A stretch of DNA of 64,000 bases from an uncultured candidatus Porisulfidus sp. (GCA_965204575.1 OZ241993.1:544001-608000), one strand, 5' to 3'; positions 51,551 to 60,885 are shown, counted from the first letter of the stretch. Translations and numbers: made by a program. Notes: a model not told the origin generated them from the sequence alone.

Positions 51551-51607
51551 ACAGAAAGCGATACAATACGATATGAGTAAGCACTGTACCTTTGCTTCCT
51601 CAAATAA

Positions 51608-52504
51608 ATGGCAAATTCTCTACAGTCTTCAATCCAACCTGTCTTAGGCAAACCTAAGAGCTTAAGACAGCCTCTCGTTGTCCCCCGCGCACAAATTCGG
51701 CGCCCTAAGGTGCGGATTCTTAAGGGCGATTGCGCGAAAGTAATCCGGAAGCAAATACCGCCTGAAAGTGTAGATTTGATATTTACTTCACCGCCTTACG
51801 CTGACCAGCGAAGAAAAAATTACGGTGGCATCTCTCCGGATGAATATGTAGATTGGTTTTTGCCTCGTGCAGAGGCCTTTAAATCTTGTTTGAAGCCAGA
51901 AGGTTCGTTTGTTTTGAATATTAAGGAGAAAGCGATCAACGGAGAACGACACACATATGTTCTAGAACTAATACTCGCGCTCCGCAAGCAGGGCTGGCGA
52001 TGGGTAGATGAATATTGTTGGCACAAAAAGAATTGCTACCCAGGGAAATGGCCTAATCGATTTCGAGATTCTTGGGAGCGATTACTGCATTTTACCTTGT
52101 CTAAGAATTTCAAAATGAGACAAGAAGCAGTCATGGTGCCCATGGGTGATTGGAAACATAGTCGCTTGAAGTCGCTGTCAGAAACAGATCAAATACGTGA
52201 CTTGTCAAAGAACGAAAATGGCTTCGGGAAACGTATCGCCAATTGGGTTGGGCGAGATATGGCATATCCAACCAATGTGCTACATTTTCCGACGGAATGT
52301 GGTTACAAGGGGCACCCCGCAGCCTTTCCGCTGACCCTTCCGGATTGGTTTATTCGATTATTTACGGATCCGGGAGATTGGGTTCTGGACCCCTTTGCCG
52401 GTTCTGGAACCACACTAGCAGCAGCAAAATCTCTGGGACGGCATAGTGTCGGCATTGATGTTCTTTCGGATTACTGCGAAGTAATGCGAGAAAGACTGCG
52501 CTAG
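51608..52504 (+). CDS. Beta-class N4C/N6A DNA methyltransferase
   Basis: TSPPY, HPAAFP, LDPFAGSGTT. Confidence 0.92.
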   Translation: MANSLQSSIQPVLGKPKSLRQPLVVPRAQIRRPKVRILKGDCAKVIRKQIPPESVDLIFTSPPYADQRRKNYGGISPDEYVDWFLPRAEAFKSCLKPEGSFVLNIKEKAINGERHTYVLELILALRKQGWRWVDEYCWHKKNCYPGKWPNRFRDSWERLLHFTLSKNFKMRQEAVMVPMGDWKHSRLKSLSETDQIRDLSKNENGFGKRIANWVGRDMAYPTNVLHFPTECGYKGHPAAFPLTLPDWFIRLFTDPGDWVLDPFAGSGTTLAAAKSLGRHSVGIDVLSDYCEVMRERLR

Positions 52505-53292
52505 TGACTCGATTGAATTACCCTCAGTGGTGGTCTGCTGCGGAGCCGGAACTTCGTAAAATCGTTTCAGATTTTTTTGTCAAAATGGAGGAAAAATTAA
52601 ATGAACCTCCAGAAAAAATGGTGAAAAGAAAAAATCCATTTCTATTTAGAACTAAGGCAGAAACTGGGGAAGACTATGCGGCGGCATTGATTGAAGCATT
52701 TCTTTCATCAAGCGAAGAAACCGTTTTTGGCGGCGTATTAGAAAGCATGGCTACAGTGATATGTCGCCATGCAAAAGGAGGAAGAAAATCAGGGATAGAA
52801 CATATCGATCTCGAATACGATATTGAAAATAACACACGCGTAATTGTCCAAATCAAATCAGGAATTCATTGGGGAAATTCAAGCCAAAGAAAATCTCTAC
52901 GCAATGCTTTCCAAAAGGCTAGCCGAATTTTAAGGCAGGGGAATAAAGGCTTAAATGTGAGATGCATAGAAGGTTGTTGTTATGGTCCGAGTGGACACCA
53001 AGATTTAGGCCATCATGAACGTCTCGTAGGCAATGAGTTTTGGCAAGAAATTTCTGATTGGGATAAAACGAGTGTGGCCGTACTCAATCTAGTAGGCGAG
53101 CATGCTAGTAATGATTTTCATATGGCACGAGAACAAGCTAAAGCCAGGGTTCTTGAATACTTAAAACATCAACAGGTGTTAAATGGGGATAAAGTTCTTT
53201 GGGGTAAGCTTCTTGACTTAGTTTTGCGGCCAAAAACACCAAAGAAAAATAATAAGTCTGATGACGAATCTACGCTAGCATCAGAAATGTGA
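52504..53292 (+). CDS. Type II restriction endonuclease, EcoO109I/PmeII-like
   Basis: KRKNPFLF, SSEETVFG..LE, IDLE, QIKSG.WGNSSQ; GTG start overlaps the MTase stop. Confidence 0.78.
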   Translation: MTRLNYPQWWSAAEPELRKIVSDFFVKMEEKLNEPPEKMVKRKNPFLFRTKAETGEDYAAALIEAFLSSSEETVFGGVLESMATVICRHAKGGRKSGIEHIDLEYDIENNTRVIVQIKSGIHWGNSSQRKSLRNAFQKASRILRQGNKGLNVRCIEGCCYGPSGHQDLGHHERLVGNEFWQEISDWDKTSVAVLNLVGEHASNDFHMAREQAKARVLEYLKHQQVLNGDKVLWGKLLDLVLRPKTPKKNNKSDDESTLASEM

Positions 53293-53445
53293 ATTTGTGG
53301 CATGATCAAGAGAAACTAAAAACTTAATAAAGCCCGGCTTGCGTGAAGCACTTATTCTTTTGTTACTCGCGCGCCATAGTTGAGGATGCGCTAGGGAATA
53401 AAATGATTGACTTTTCGAAAACTTAAAAAATCAACGAGGCAAAAA

Positions 53446-55272
53446 ATGTCTGCACAAAAACTACCAGAAATCAAAAACGCATTTGATGCTCTTCGCGACG
53501 AGATTAGAAAACTGAGAAAGTATGAAGATAACAAACTTCTTGCTCCGGTTTATATCCAGTATTACATGCAGGAAGGCGAATATCGCTATTCTGATTATGT
53601 GGAACAAATTACGGATGATACGGGCGATGGGGGGATAGATGCTGTTGTTATGCAAAATGAGGACCAGACAGATCAATTATTATTAATTCAGGCAAAACAT
53701 GTGCCTAGTTTTAGCAAAGAAGAGGCCTTAAACGCGGCCCAAAAAATTAAAAACACCATCGAACTTTGGAAAAATGGTCAGCAAGAAGGGCTCAACCGAA
53801 AAATTAAAAGAATTCTTGCAGCGGCAATGGATGTGTTTGATGAAGAGGATGAACCCGCTATCGAAATGGCGATCGTTACTACGGCGTCCCCATCTCTGAA
53901 AGAGAAAAGTAAAATCAGAAAAGCATTGTCGGATGATCCCGACCTTGAGAATTATTCACCCAAGATTGTATTTGGCGATGAACTGGTTGAGAAAATAAAG
54001 GCAATTCAAACCCCCAAATTTAAAGTAGATCTGGGAGAAATCAAGATTAGCAGGCAGTCTGGGCAATTGTCCTATTCATTAGCTGGTGAGGAAAAATGTA
54101 TCATCGTTAGCATTTCTGCGAAATCACTAAAAAGTTTGTACAACCAATTTTGTGAGAATGGCTTATTCGGACAAAACTTGCGCGAATATATTCAAAATAG
54201 AAAAGTTGACAGTGCCCTTGTTAAATCTATACAGAAAAAACCTGACTACTTTTGGATGTTAAATAACGGGATAACTATAGGATGTAATGAATATAGTGTT
54301 GATGGCAATCGGCTTAGGCTTTCTGGCTTTTCGATTATTAATGGAGCACAGACCACCACCAAAATTGGCAAAACCGATTTCGCCTCTGACTTCTATTTGC
54401 CCTGCAAAGTAATTCAAGAGAGCGCGGAGGAAGAATTAGATACATACGCTGAAGCAGCGAACGCACAGAAGCCTATAAAAGATAGAGATTTGAAAGCTAA
54501 TTCTGATGAACAGCGCCAGTTGAAGCAACGTTTTGAAAACAATTCTCCCCCTGTGCACATCGAAATTAAGCGCGGTGTGAAGAAATTTACAAGTGCTCAG
54601 AGAAAGAAACTTGATCTAAGAGACTGGCAGCAAATTAACAACCATGAATATGGGAAACTTGTTCTTGCTTTTCATCGCCAGAAGCCATGGATTTCTTATG
54701 GCTACCCAGGGAGAATATTTTCCTCAGATGATATCTACCAAGAAACTTTTCGCCGATCTTACTACTTAGAAACTGACATAGATATTCTACGCATTCATGA
54801 TGTGTATTTGTCATGGAAAGACAAAATAATTGAAAAATGGGAGAGCCAAAAACGCTTTGAGATGTCAAGTGCAAATCATGAGGAAATAGTAAAATTTGGG
54901 AAATTCGCCTTGATAGCAAATCTTCGATTGATTATTTGTTATTCGAGCATTAAACAAGCAATAAGTGAGAGGAAACTTGAGACTTGGGAAGACGTAATCA
55001 CATGTCAAGAATTAAAAGGGAGGCTCTTGTCAGATGATTCTGGCTCTATAGATTTAAGTGAGATATGCAGTGAAAAGATTGAGAACTTTTTAGACACACT
55101 ATTGGAGGTGCATGGCGAATTAATCGAATCATCCGGGAAAAGTCCGCAACAAATGTACAAGGATAAGGAGTTCTACCATAAGCTTAGCCGAGTAATTGTG
55201 GATAGACTTGGGAGGAAAACAGAATTGCAATTTGCCTACAAAAATGTTGGTGATGTTTTTTCCTCAGTTTAA
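53446..55272 (+). CDS. AIPR (abortive infection phage resistance) family protein
   Basis: DGGIDA, NLREY, FWMLNNGITI, IINGAQTT, ANAQKPI. Confidence 0.88.
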   Translation: MSAQKLPEIKNAFDALRDEIRKLRKYEDNKLLAPVYIQYYMQEGEYRYSDYVEQITDDTGDGGIDAVVMQNEDQTDQLLLIQAKHVPSFSKEEALNAAQKIKNTIELWKNGQQEGLNRKIKRILAAAMDVFDEEDEPAIEMAIVTTASPSLKEKSKIRKALSDDPDLENYSPKIVFGDELVEKIKAIQTPKFKVDLGEIKISRQSGQLSYSLAGEEKCIIVSISAKSLKSLYNQFCENGLFGQNLREYIQNRKVDSALVKSIQKKPDYFWMLNNGITIGCNEYSVDGNRLRLSGFSIINGAQTTTKIGKTDFASDFYLPCKVIQESAEEELDTYAEAANAQKPIKDRDLKANSDEQRQLKQRFENNSPPVHIEIKRGVKKFTSAQRKKLDLRDWQQINNHEYGKLVLAFHRQKPWISYGYPGRIFSSDDIYQETFRRSYYLETDIDILRIHDVYLSWKDKIIEKWESQKRFEMSSANHEEIVKFGKFALIANLRLIICYSSIKQAISERKLETWEDVITCQELKGRLLSDDSGSIDLSEICSEKIENFLDTLLEVHGELIESSGKSPQQMYKDKEFYHKLSRVIVDRLGRKTELQFAYKNVGDVFSSV

Positions 55273-55321
55273 TTTTGGGCATCAATAGCATTAAAAAAAC
55301 AGGCAATTCACAACAAATACT

Positions 55322-56182
55322 ATGAAGAAACTGCTCTTTCATCTGGACACGGACGCCCAGCCATCCGCTTTCGACCAGGTGGTCGCCTACGACGGAGGCG
55401 CGGATGCCGTCCTGGCCTACGGCGGGGTCACTGCTGACAATTGCTTCCCGCTGGTGGAAGGTGCGATCTTCACCCGCGCGCCGAAAAACAAACGCTATAC
55501 CGCGATTCTGATCGGTGGTAGTGACCTGGCACAGGCCGAAGCCCTCATGGACACCGTGAAGTCCCAGTTTTTCCAAGGTTTCCGGGTGTCATTGATGATG
55601 GACGCTAATGGCTGCAACACCACTGCGGCGGCAGCAGTCGCGATGCTGGGTGCTGCGCACCCGCTTGAAGGCTCCAGCGCGACGGTGCTCGCCGGAACCG
55701 GGCCGGTTGGCCAACGTGCTGCGGTCATGTTGGCGCAGTCGGGAGCCCAGGTGCGCCTGACTTCACGCAAACTGGAGCGCGCCCAGCAGGCGTGCGAGGG
55801 AATTTCGGAACGTTATGGCGTGGCGGTGGAACCGATGGCGGCATCGGATGCGGCCGGGACGGCCGCCGCAATCGAAGGCGCGGCCATCGTCCTGGCTACG
55901 GGTCAGGCCGGGGTGCGGTTGCTGCCGACCGAAATCTGGCAGGCATCGTCCAGCCTGCGTGCGGTCGGGGACGTGGGAACCTGCCCGCCTCTGGGCGTGG
56001 AAGGGATGGACATGACCGATGGCGGTCGAGAAGTTGACGGAATCTCCCTGTTCGGCGGGCTGGCCTTCGGGGCCCTGAAACTCCGAACCCACCGCGAGGC
56101 GATCTCGCGGATGTTCGAGAGCAACGATCAGGTATGGGATGCCGAGGAGACGCTGGCCTTGGCCCGCGAGCTTTACGACTGA
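55322..56182 (+). CDS. mtdA: NADP-dependent methylene-H4MPT/H4F dehydrogenase (MtdA-like)
   Basis: KKLLFHLDTD..PSAFD.VVAYDGGAD, FRVS.M.DANG.NTTAAA, GTGPVG. Confidence 0.85.
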   Translation: MKKLLFHLDTDAQPSAFDQVVAYDGGADAVLAYGGVTADNCFPLVEGAIFTRAPKNKRYTAILIGGSDLAQAEALMDTVKSQFFQGFRVSLMMDANGCNTTAAAAVAMLGAAHPLEGSSATVLAGTGPVGQRAAVMLAQSGAQVRLTSRKLERAQQACEGISERYGVAVEPMAASDAAGTAAAIEGAAIVLATGQAGVRLLPTEIWQASSSLRAVGDVGTCPPLGVEGMDMTDGGREVDGISLFGGLAFGALKLRTHREAISRMFESNDQVWDAEETLALARELYD

Positions 56183-56844
56183 CGCCGGCGCAACTCGGTG
56201 TCGATCTGGTCGATCTGTTCCTTCAGCGTTTCAGCCTGGTAGCGAAGTTCCAGCCGTTCGCGCGCTTCCTGGACCAAGCGGTAGGTTTCCTTCAGGCGCT
56301 GGGAGTGCCGGCCGAGTATCGTCTCGGGATCCTCATGATCCTGCAGCATCCGATCCCGGATAACCTGCTTCCTTTGCATGATGGTCATCATCGCGGCGTA
56401 GCTGACGCCTAGGCGGAAGTCGTAAGGCTTGTACCTTTGCAAGGTGGTGACCTCCGGGCGCAATTCCTCGACGATCTTGATCAGCGTACGCCGGAAGTTC
56501 ATCAGGTCTTCCTTGAGCGTTCCCTCGACTTCGTAGTGCTGGATGATCTGCGGGATCAGGCCGATGATCTGGATGCGTTCGTCGTCGTAGACCAAGAGCG
56601 CGTGGAGCAATTGCTTCTCCAGTTCTTCGATGGAGAGGGCGGAGGCGGTGTCCAGCTGTTCGGCGTAGGTTTCGCGCTGGGCCCGAAGTTCGCTGATCGT
56701 GCTGTCTTGCAATGATTCCGCGGAAGGCACGGCTGTGCGCGGAATGTCGACGACCGGGTGCGGGGGTTCGCCCTCCGCGTAGGCGCAAAGCGACAGGGTG
56801 GCCAGCAGGATGCCGGGGAGTATGGAGTGGATGCGTGGTGGCAT
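56173..56844 (-). CDS. Secreted helical hypothetical protein
   Basis: Signal peptide ending AYA; coiled-coil-like body; host-like codon usage. Confidence 0.65.
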   Translation of the reverse strand: MPPRIHSILPGILLATLSLCAYAEGEPPHPVVDIPRTAVPSAESLQDSTISELRAQRETYAEQLDTASALSIEELEKQLLHALLVYDDERIQIIGLIPQIIQHYEVEGTLKEDLMNFRRTLIKIVEELRPEVTTLQRYKPYDFRLGVSYAAMMTIMQRKQVIRDRMLQDHEDPETILGRHSQRLKETYRLVQEARERLELRYQAETLKEQIDQIDTELRRRQS

Positions 56845-56918
56845 GGGAATACAGGTGTTAGGGCAAGCAGTATAACGGGTAAGCGGTGCAGTTATAGCAC
56901 GCCATGAAGATGGCGTGT

Positions 56919-57338
56919 CTATACAAGTTTTAAACGGCTATAAGTAAAGGTAAATTCTTTATTGCGTGACATGTGGAAATCTCCCTTCTGGAGAATATCG
57001 CGCCCAATTAGACCTTGGTATTCTTTACTGTTGCCCTTGTATTCAAGGACATCGGACGAGAATCTTTCAGAATGTCCATCGTCAAAAAATAGGGCTATAT
57101 CTACTATGTACGATCTTGATTCTGATAGGCCCACTGGGGTTGCCACGCCCGTTCGGCCTATGGGCAACAAATTCAATTGCTTGACAATTTCTGGTGCAAC
57201 ACACGAAAGGCATGCTCCCGTGTCAATGAGGAATTTGTAACGATCTGATGAGTGTTCGACCGGTTGACCTGGAAGTACAACGCTTACTTCAATGAGTGGG
57301 CCGATTTCAGGTTCATACCTTCCAACTATTTTCGACAT
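56919..57338 (-). CDS. Retropepsin-like aspartyl protease
   Basis: FLIDTGA and LIGRDIL motifs, 139 aa. Confidence 0.82.
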   Translation of the reverse strand: MSKIVGRYEPEIGPLIEVSVVLPGQPVEHSSDRYKFLIDTGACLSCVAPEIVKQLNLLPIGRTGVATPVGLSESRSYIVDIALFFDDGHSERFSSDVLEYKGNSKEYQGLIGRDILQKGDFHMSRNKEFTFTYSRLKLV

Positions 57339-57579
57339 GAGAGAAATACCCTAAGTCCACGACTGTGTCCGTCACTTTCTGTATGGAAAACACACCATCA
57401 GGATAATTTTTTTCTGCATGTGTGAATGCATCTGAGGCTGAAGCAAAATACTTGATAATCTTTCTGTCGCGGAGCAGGGCATACTCCCCTGAATGTGAAG
57501 ATTTAATGGTCGGCAACAGTTTCTTGAACGCCTGAAAATTTTTATCTATTTCGGCTGTTCTTTCTTCCAGAGTGATCAC
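57313..57579 (-). CDS. Small hypothetical protein (DUF5678-like)
   Basis: FKKLLPTI...GEYALLRDRKII..F.SASDA..AEKNYPDG.FSIQKV; overlaps the protease start. Confidence 0.6.
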   Translation of the reverse strand: MITLEERTAEIDKNFQAFKKLLPTIKSSHSGEYALLRDRKIIKYFASASDAFTHAEKNYPDGVFSIQKVTDTVVDLGYFSHVENSWKV

Positions 57580-57596
57580 TGTAAACTGCCCCCAAC

Positions 57597-57616
57597 TTTT
57601 GCCCTGCAGGGCAAAA
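57597..57616. promoter_or_regulatory. 20-bp perfect palindrome
   Basis: TTTTGCCCTGCAGGGCAAAA, 17 bp upstream of the GTG at 57579. Confidence 0.6.
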
Positions 57617-57815
57617 TCATGATAGCACACGCTCGCCTGCAGCAAAGCTCTCGGTCTCTCTCCCATATACCAGTGCATACACATTCTCAACTTACTCATC
57701 GACAGCCGCTGGGTGTGCCATACAATAGTCAAATAGCCCTGACCGATGTCGGTACGCGGACCCCGCCCGGATTCGGACAGTCGAGACCCTAGCATCGTGG
57801 CCCGACCGGAGGAGC

Positions 57816-58364
57816 ATGTCGATGACCGATGAGAAATACCACCTGGCCGCGCGCCTGATCCACTGGGTCATGGCGCTGGGCTTCGTCTTCATGTGGGGCT
57901 GCGGCTACGCGATGACGACCCTCGTGGAGGACGACTCCCCGCTGGAGGAACTCCTGTTCGACCTGCACATCTCGGTCGGGGTGACGCTGCTTGCCCTGCT
58001 GGTTCTGCGCATCGCCGTGCGCCTGACCCACCCGCCGCCGCCGTTGCCGGACGCGATTCCGAGATATGAACGGACCGGCGCGCATCTGGGGCACGCCGCG
58101 CTCTACGCGCTTCCCGCCTTGGTCATCGCGGTCGGCTGGGCAGAGACGAATTTCGGCGGCCATGCGGTGCAATGGTTCGGCGTCGAGATGCCCGCGGTCT
58201 TCCCCGAGACCGGGGAAGATCTTCAGGACTGGGCCGAGGATATGCACATGTGGCTCGCCTACACGATGCTGGCGGTCGCCGTGATCCACGTCACCGCCGC
58301 ATTCAAGCACCGATGGTTCGACGGGCACGACGTGATCCACCGAATTGCCTTGGGCGGCAGGTGA
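57816..58364 (+). CDS. Cytochrome b561 (YceJ/CybB-like)
   Basis: IHW, LHISVG, GHAALY, HMWLAY and IHV heme histidines in four TM helices. Confidence 0.92.
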   Translation: MSMTDEKYHLAARLIHWVMALGFVFMWGCGYAMTTLVEDDSPLEELLFDLHISVGVTLLALLVLRIAVRLTHPPPPLPDAIPRYERTGAHLGHAALYALPALVIAVGWAETNFGGHAVQWFGVEMPAVFPETGEDLQDWAEDMHMWLAYTMLAVAVIHVTAAFKHRWFDGHDVIHRIALGGR

Positions 58365-59494
58365 TGCGCCCCAAAATCGACACGTATCCCGATTGCGGGC
58401 AGGCGGCGCACGGCGGATTGAGCCGGCGCGCGTTCCTGAAGCTCGGTGTCGCCGCGACCGCGACGGCGGGGCTGTTCGGCGCCGCTGCGCCGAGCGTGCG
58501 GGCCGAGAACGGGAAACTGTTTCTCATCGGACTGGAAGAGCACTTCGCAACACCCGAGCTTCAACGGCGGCATAGCGTCAAGGAAAAGCGCCTCTTCTCG
58601 GGTGGCCGCCGCAGACCCGAACTCCTCGACCTGGGGGCGGGCCGGGTCGCGGACATGGACGAGGCGGGGGTCGACATTCAGGTGCTTTCGGCCGTGACGC
58701 CCGGCGTCCAGAACCTGCCTGGAGCCGAAGGCGCGGCATACGCCCGCAAGCTCAATACCTGGGTCGCCGACGAAGTCATCGCGGCCTATCCGGAGCGCTT
58801 CCGCGCCTTTGCCACGTTGCCGCTGAACCAACCGGAGGCGGCGGCTGACGAGCTCGAGCGTTCAGTGCGCGAGCACGGTTTCGTGGGCTGCATGAGCTAT
58901 GGCGCCATCGATGGAAAGTTTCTCGACCACGTCGATTTCAAGCCCGTGTTGGCCCGGGCCGAAATGCTCGGCGTTCCCGTCTACATCCACCCGAACTGGC
59001 CTTCCCCCCAGGTGAGGGACATCTACTACGACGGGCTGGGCGACGGGCTGGTGAGCCGGATTCTCAGCGGACCGGGTTATGGCTGGCACCAGGAAGTCGC
59101 GCTCCAGTTCCTGCGCATGGTCGTCAGCGGAGTCTTCGACGAATTTCCCAAGCTTCAGATCGTCGTCGGGCACATGGGCGAAGGGCTTCCCTTCTATTAC
59201 TGGCGATTCGGGGACGACCTGGCTCGCATCGCGAAGGACAGGCTGGACAAGCCCGTGCAGCAGTACTTCCATGACAACCTCTGGATTACGACCAGCGCGT
59301 TCTTCCGCGATGAGTTGCTGTCTCTGGCTTTGGCGGTCATGGGCGAGGACCGGGTTCTGTTCTCGGTTGACTATCCCATGGCGAGCGGAAAGCAGGGCGC
59401 CGACTGGTTCCGGGCGGTCGATCTGCCCCGGACCACCAAGGAAAAGATCGCGCACGGGAACGCCGAGAGGCTTCTCGGGATCGGTCCGTTTTAG
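58364..59494 (+). CDS. Tat-signal amidohydrolase-2 family protein (aromatic-acid decarboxylase/ACMSD-like)
   Basis: SRRAFLK Tat motif; LEEHF, YIHP, GHMGE, FSVDYP. Confidence 0.85.
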   Translation: MRPKIDTYPDCGQAAHGGLSRRAFLKLGVAATATAGLFGAAAPSVRAENGKLFLIGLEEHFATPELQRRHSVKEKRLFSGGRRRPELLDLGAGRVADMDEAGVDIQVLSAVTPGVQNLPGAEGAAYARKLNTWVADEVIAAYPERFRAFATLPLNQPEAAADELERSVREHGFVGCMSYGAIDGKFLDHVDFKPVLARAEMLGVPVYIHPNWPSPQVRDIYYDGLGDGLVSRILSGPGYGWHQEVALQFLRMVVSGVFDEFPKLQIVVGHMGEGLPFYYWRFGDDLARIAKDRLDKPVQQYFHDNLWITTSAFFRDELLSLALAVMGEDRVLFSVDYPMASGKQGADWFRAVDLPRTTKEKIAHGNAERLLGIGPF

Positions 59495-59699
59495 GGCAAG
59501 CTCCGGTTGGCGGTGCCCCCCGTGCATTAGCATCAGGCGAATGGATACCGCCATGTTCGATCTGGTCGCGGCCGGTCTCTACGCGGCGGTTGAATAGTCG
59601 TTGCGCCTGCGCATCCAGCACCGGGTGCAAGGACACTGAAGCTGTGCGTTAGTTCTAGAAAACTGCCGAATTAAAATCCTGAATAGGAGATAATTAACG

Positions 59700-60119
59700 A
59701 TGCAGAACATCAAACAAAAAGGCTATCCAACACTAGGAACAATTCTCGCGCTGGCCGTGCTAACCACGGGGTGCGTTGAAATTGAGCCAACACCTCCTGA
59801 AATCACTACCATCAGTGATATGGCAGTCGAAGTTACCGCATTTTCCAACCTCTGGGTCTGGCCAACGGAGGAGGCGGTCACGAAAAAAGCATACCAAGGA
59901 TGTTCAACATATGGAAAACAAGCGATCTACCAAGGCCAGCATTGTTCAAGCCACGATATCAACACAAACACCTACTGCTACGGCGGTCGCGAAGCTAGCT
60001 ACCAATACAACTACAGCACAGGCACCTTTCAATACATCCCAAGCACTCCTGAAACTTGCAGAACCCGTACTTCCACCACATGCGAAGCCATGACGTATGT
60101 ATTCTCCTGCATCAAATGA
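59700..60119 (+). CDS. Cysteine-rich lipoprotein of unknown function
   Basis: SD AGGAG, lipobox TTGC, six further cysteines; AT-rich. Confidence 0.7.
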   Translation: MQNIKQKGYPTLGTILALAVLTTGCVEIEPTPPEITTISDMAVEVTAFSNLWVWPTEEAVTKKAYQGCSTYGKQAIYQGQHCSSHDINTNTYCYGGREASYQYNYSTGTFQYIPSTPETCRTRTSTTCEAMTYVFSCIK

Positions 60120-60322
60120 TAACTTTAATTAACGGTTATAAGTAAGGAAGTTGACGATCCTAAAGTCGCTTCGCGGCGAACTTCTGAAACTCGCCTAAAG
60201 CGAATATATCGCGCAGTTGATTCTATAAATTGACGGAGCCAGTCTAATGTTGTACGCTCTTCATCACTTCGGCCCCGTCGGGCTTGCCGCAAGGCCCTCG
60301 GCGGGGTTATTTATTTTGTCCG

Positions 60323-60607
60323 TTAGACCCTTCTTGTCGCCGCCCGATAAACTGTATTGCGCTCGCGTTTGCCGACGGCCACCACCGCCACGACAATGTC
60401 CCGTTCCCGCACTTGGTAGACGAGCCGGTACCCTACGCTACGCAGTTTGATTTTGTAACAGTCTTTCACGACACTCAGGCGGTCTCGCTCGACCCGTGGC
60501 GCTTCGAGACGGGCGACCAGTTTCGTTTTGAACTGTTTGCGGATATCCGGGTCCAGTTTTTTCCATTCGCGCATCGCGCTCGTGAGAAAAACCAGCCTAT
60601 AGCTCAT
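60323..60607 (-). CDS. RelE/StbE-family toxin
   Basis: MSYRLVF..A.REWKKLD, YKIKLRSVGYRLVY, VGKRER. Confidence 0.92.
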   Translation of the reverse strand: MSYRLVFLTSAMREWKKLDPDIRKQFKTKLVARLEAPRVERDRLSVVKDCYKIKLRSVGYRLVYQVRERDIVVAVVAVGKRERNTVYRAATRRV

Positions 60608-60854
60608 CGACCTTGACTTCGATTTCAGCCTCGCCCTCGCGCTCGCGAACAAGCGCCGCAAGTTCAAGGTCTTCCAGTTTGCCCATAATGGCTTCCCAAG
60701 CAGCGGAGGGAACGGCGTAAAAGACTGGGCGGTTGCGATTCAGGATCGCGACCGGCGCACCCTCGGCGTACTTGATGACGGCCATGGGATTCTTCTTCAG
60801 ATCAGATATGCCTACGCTTGCGTTAGCGAGGACAGGATAGATTGGGTTCATCAA
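60597..60854 (-). CDS. StbD/Phd-family antitoxin
   Basis: ISDLKKNPM, PVAILNRNRPVFY, LEDLEL. Confidence 0.9.
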   Translation of the reverse strand: MMNPIYPVLANASVGISDLKKNPMAVIKYAEGAPVAILNRNRPVFYAVPSAAWEAIMGKLEDLELAALVREREGEAEIEVKVDEL

Positions 60855-60885
60855 AAGACCTCATAAAGAGTCAATATAAAGACCT
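60854..60885. promoter_or_regulatory. Three AAAGA(C/G) direct repeats, putative antitoxin operator
   Basis: AAAGACCT at 60854, AAAGAGTC at 60865 and AAAGACCT at 60878. Confidence 0.55.
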
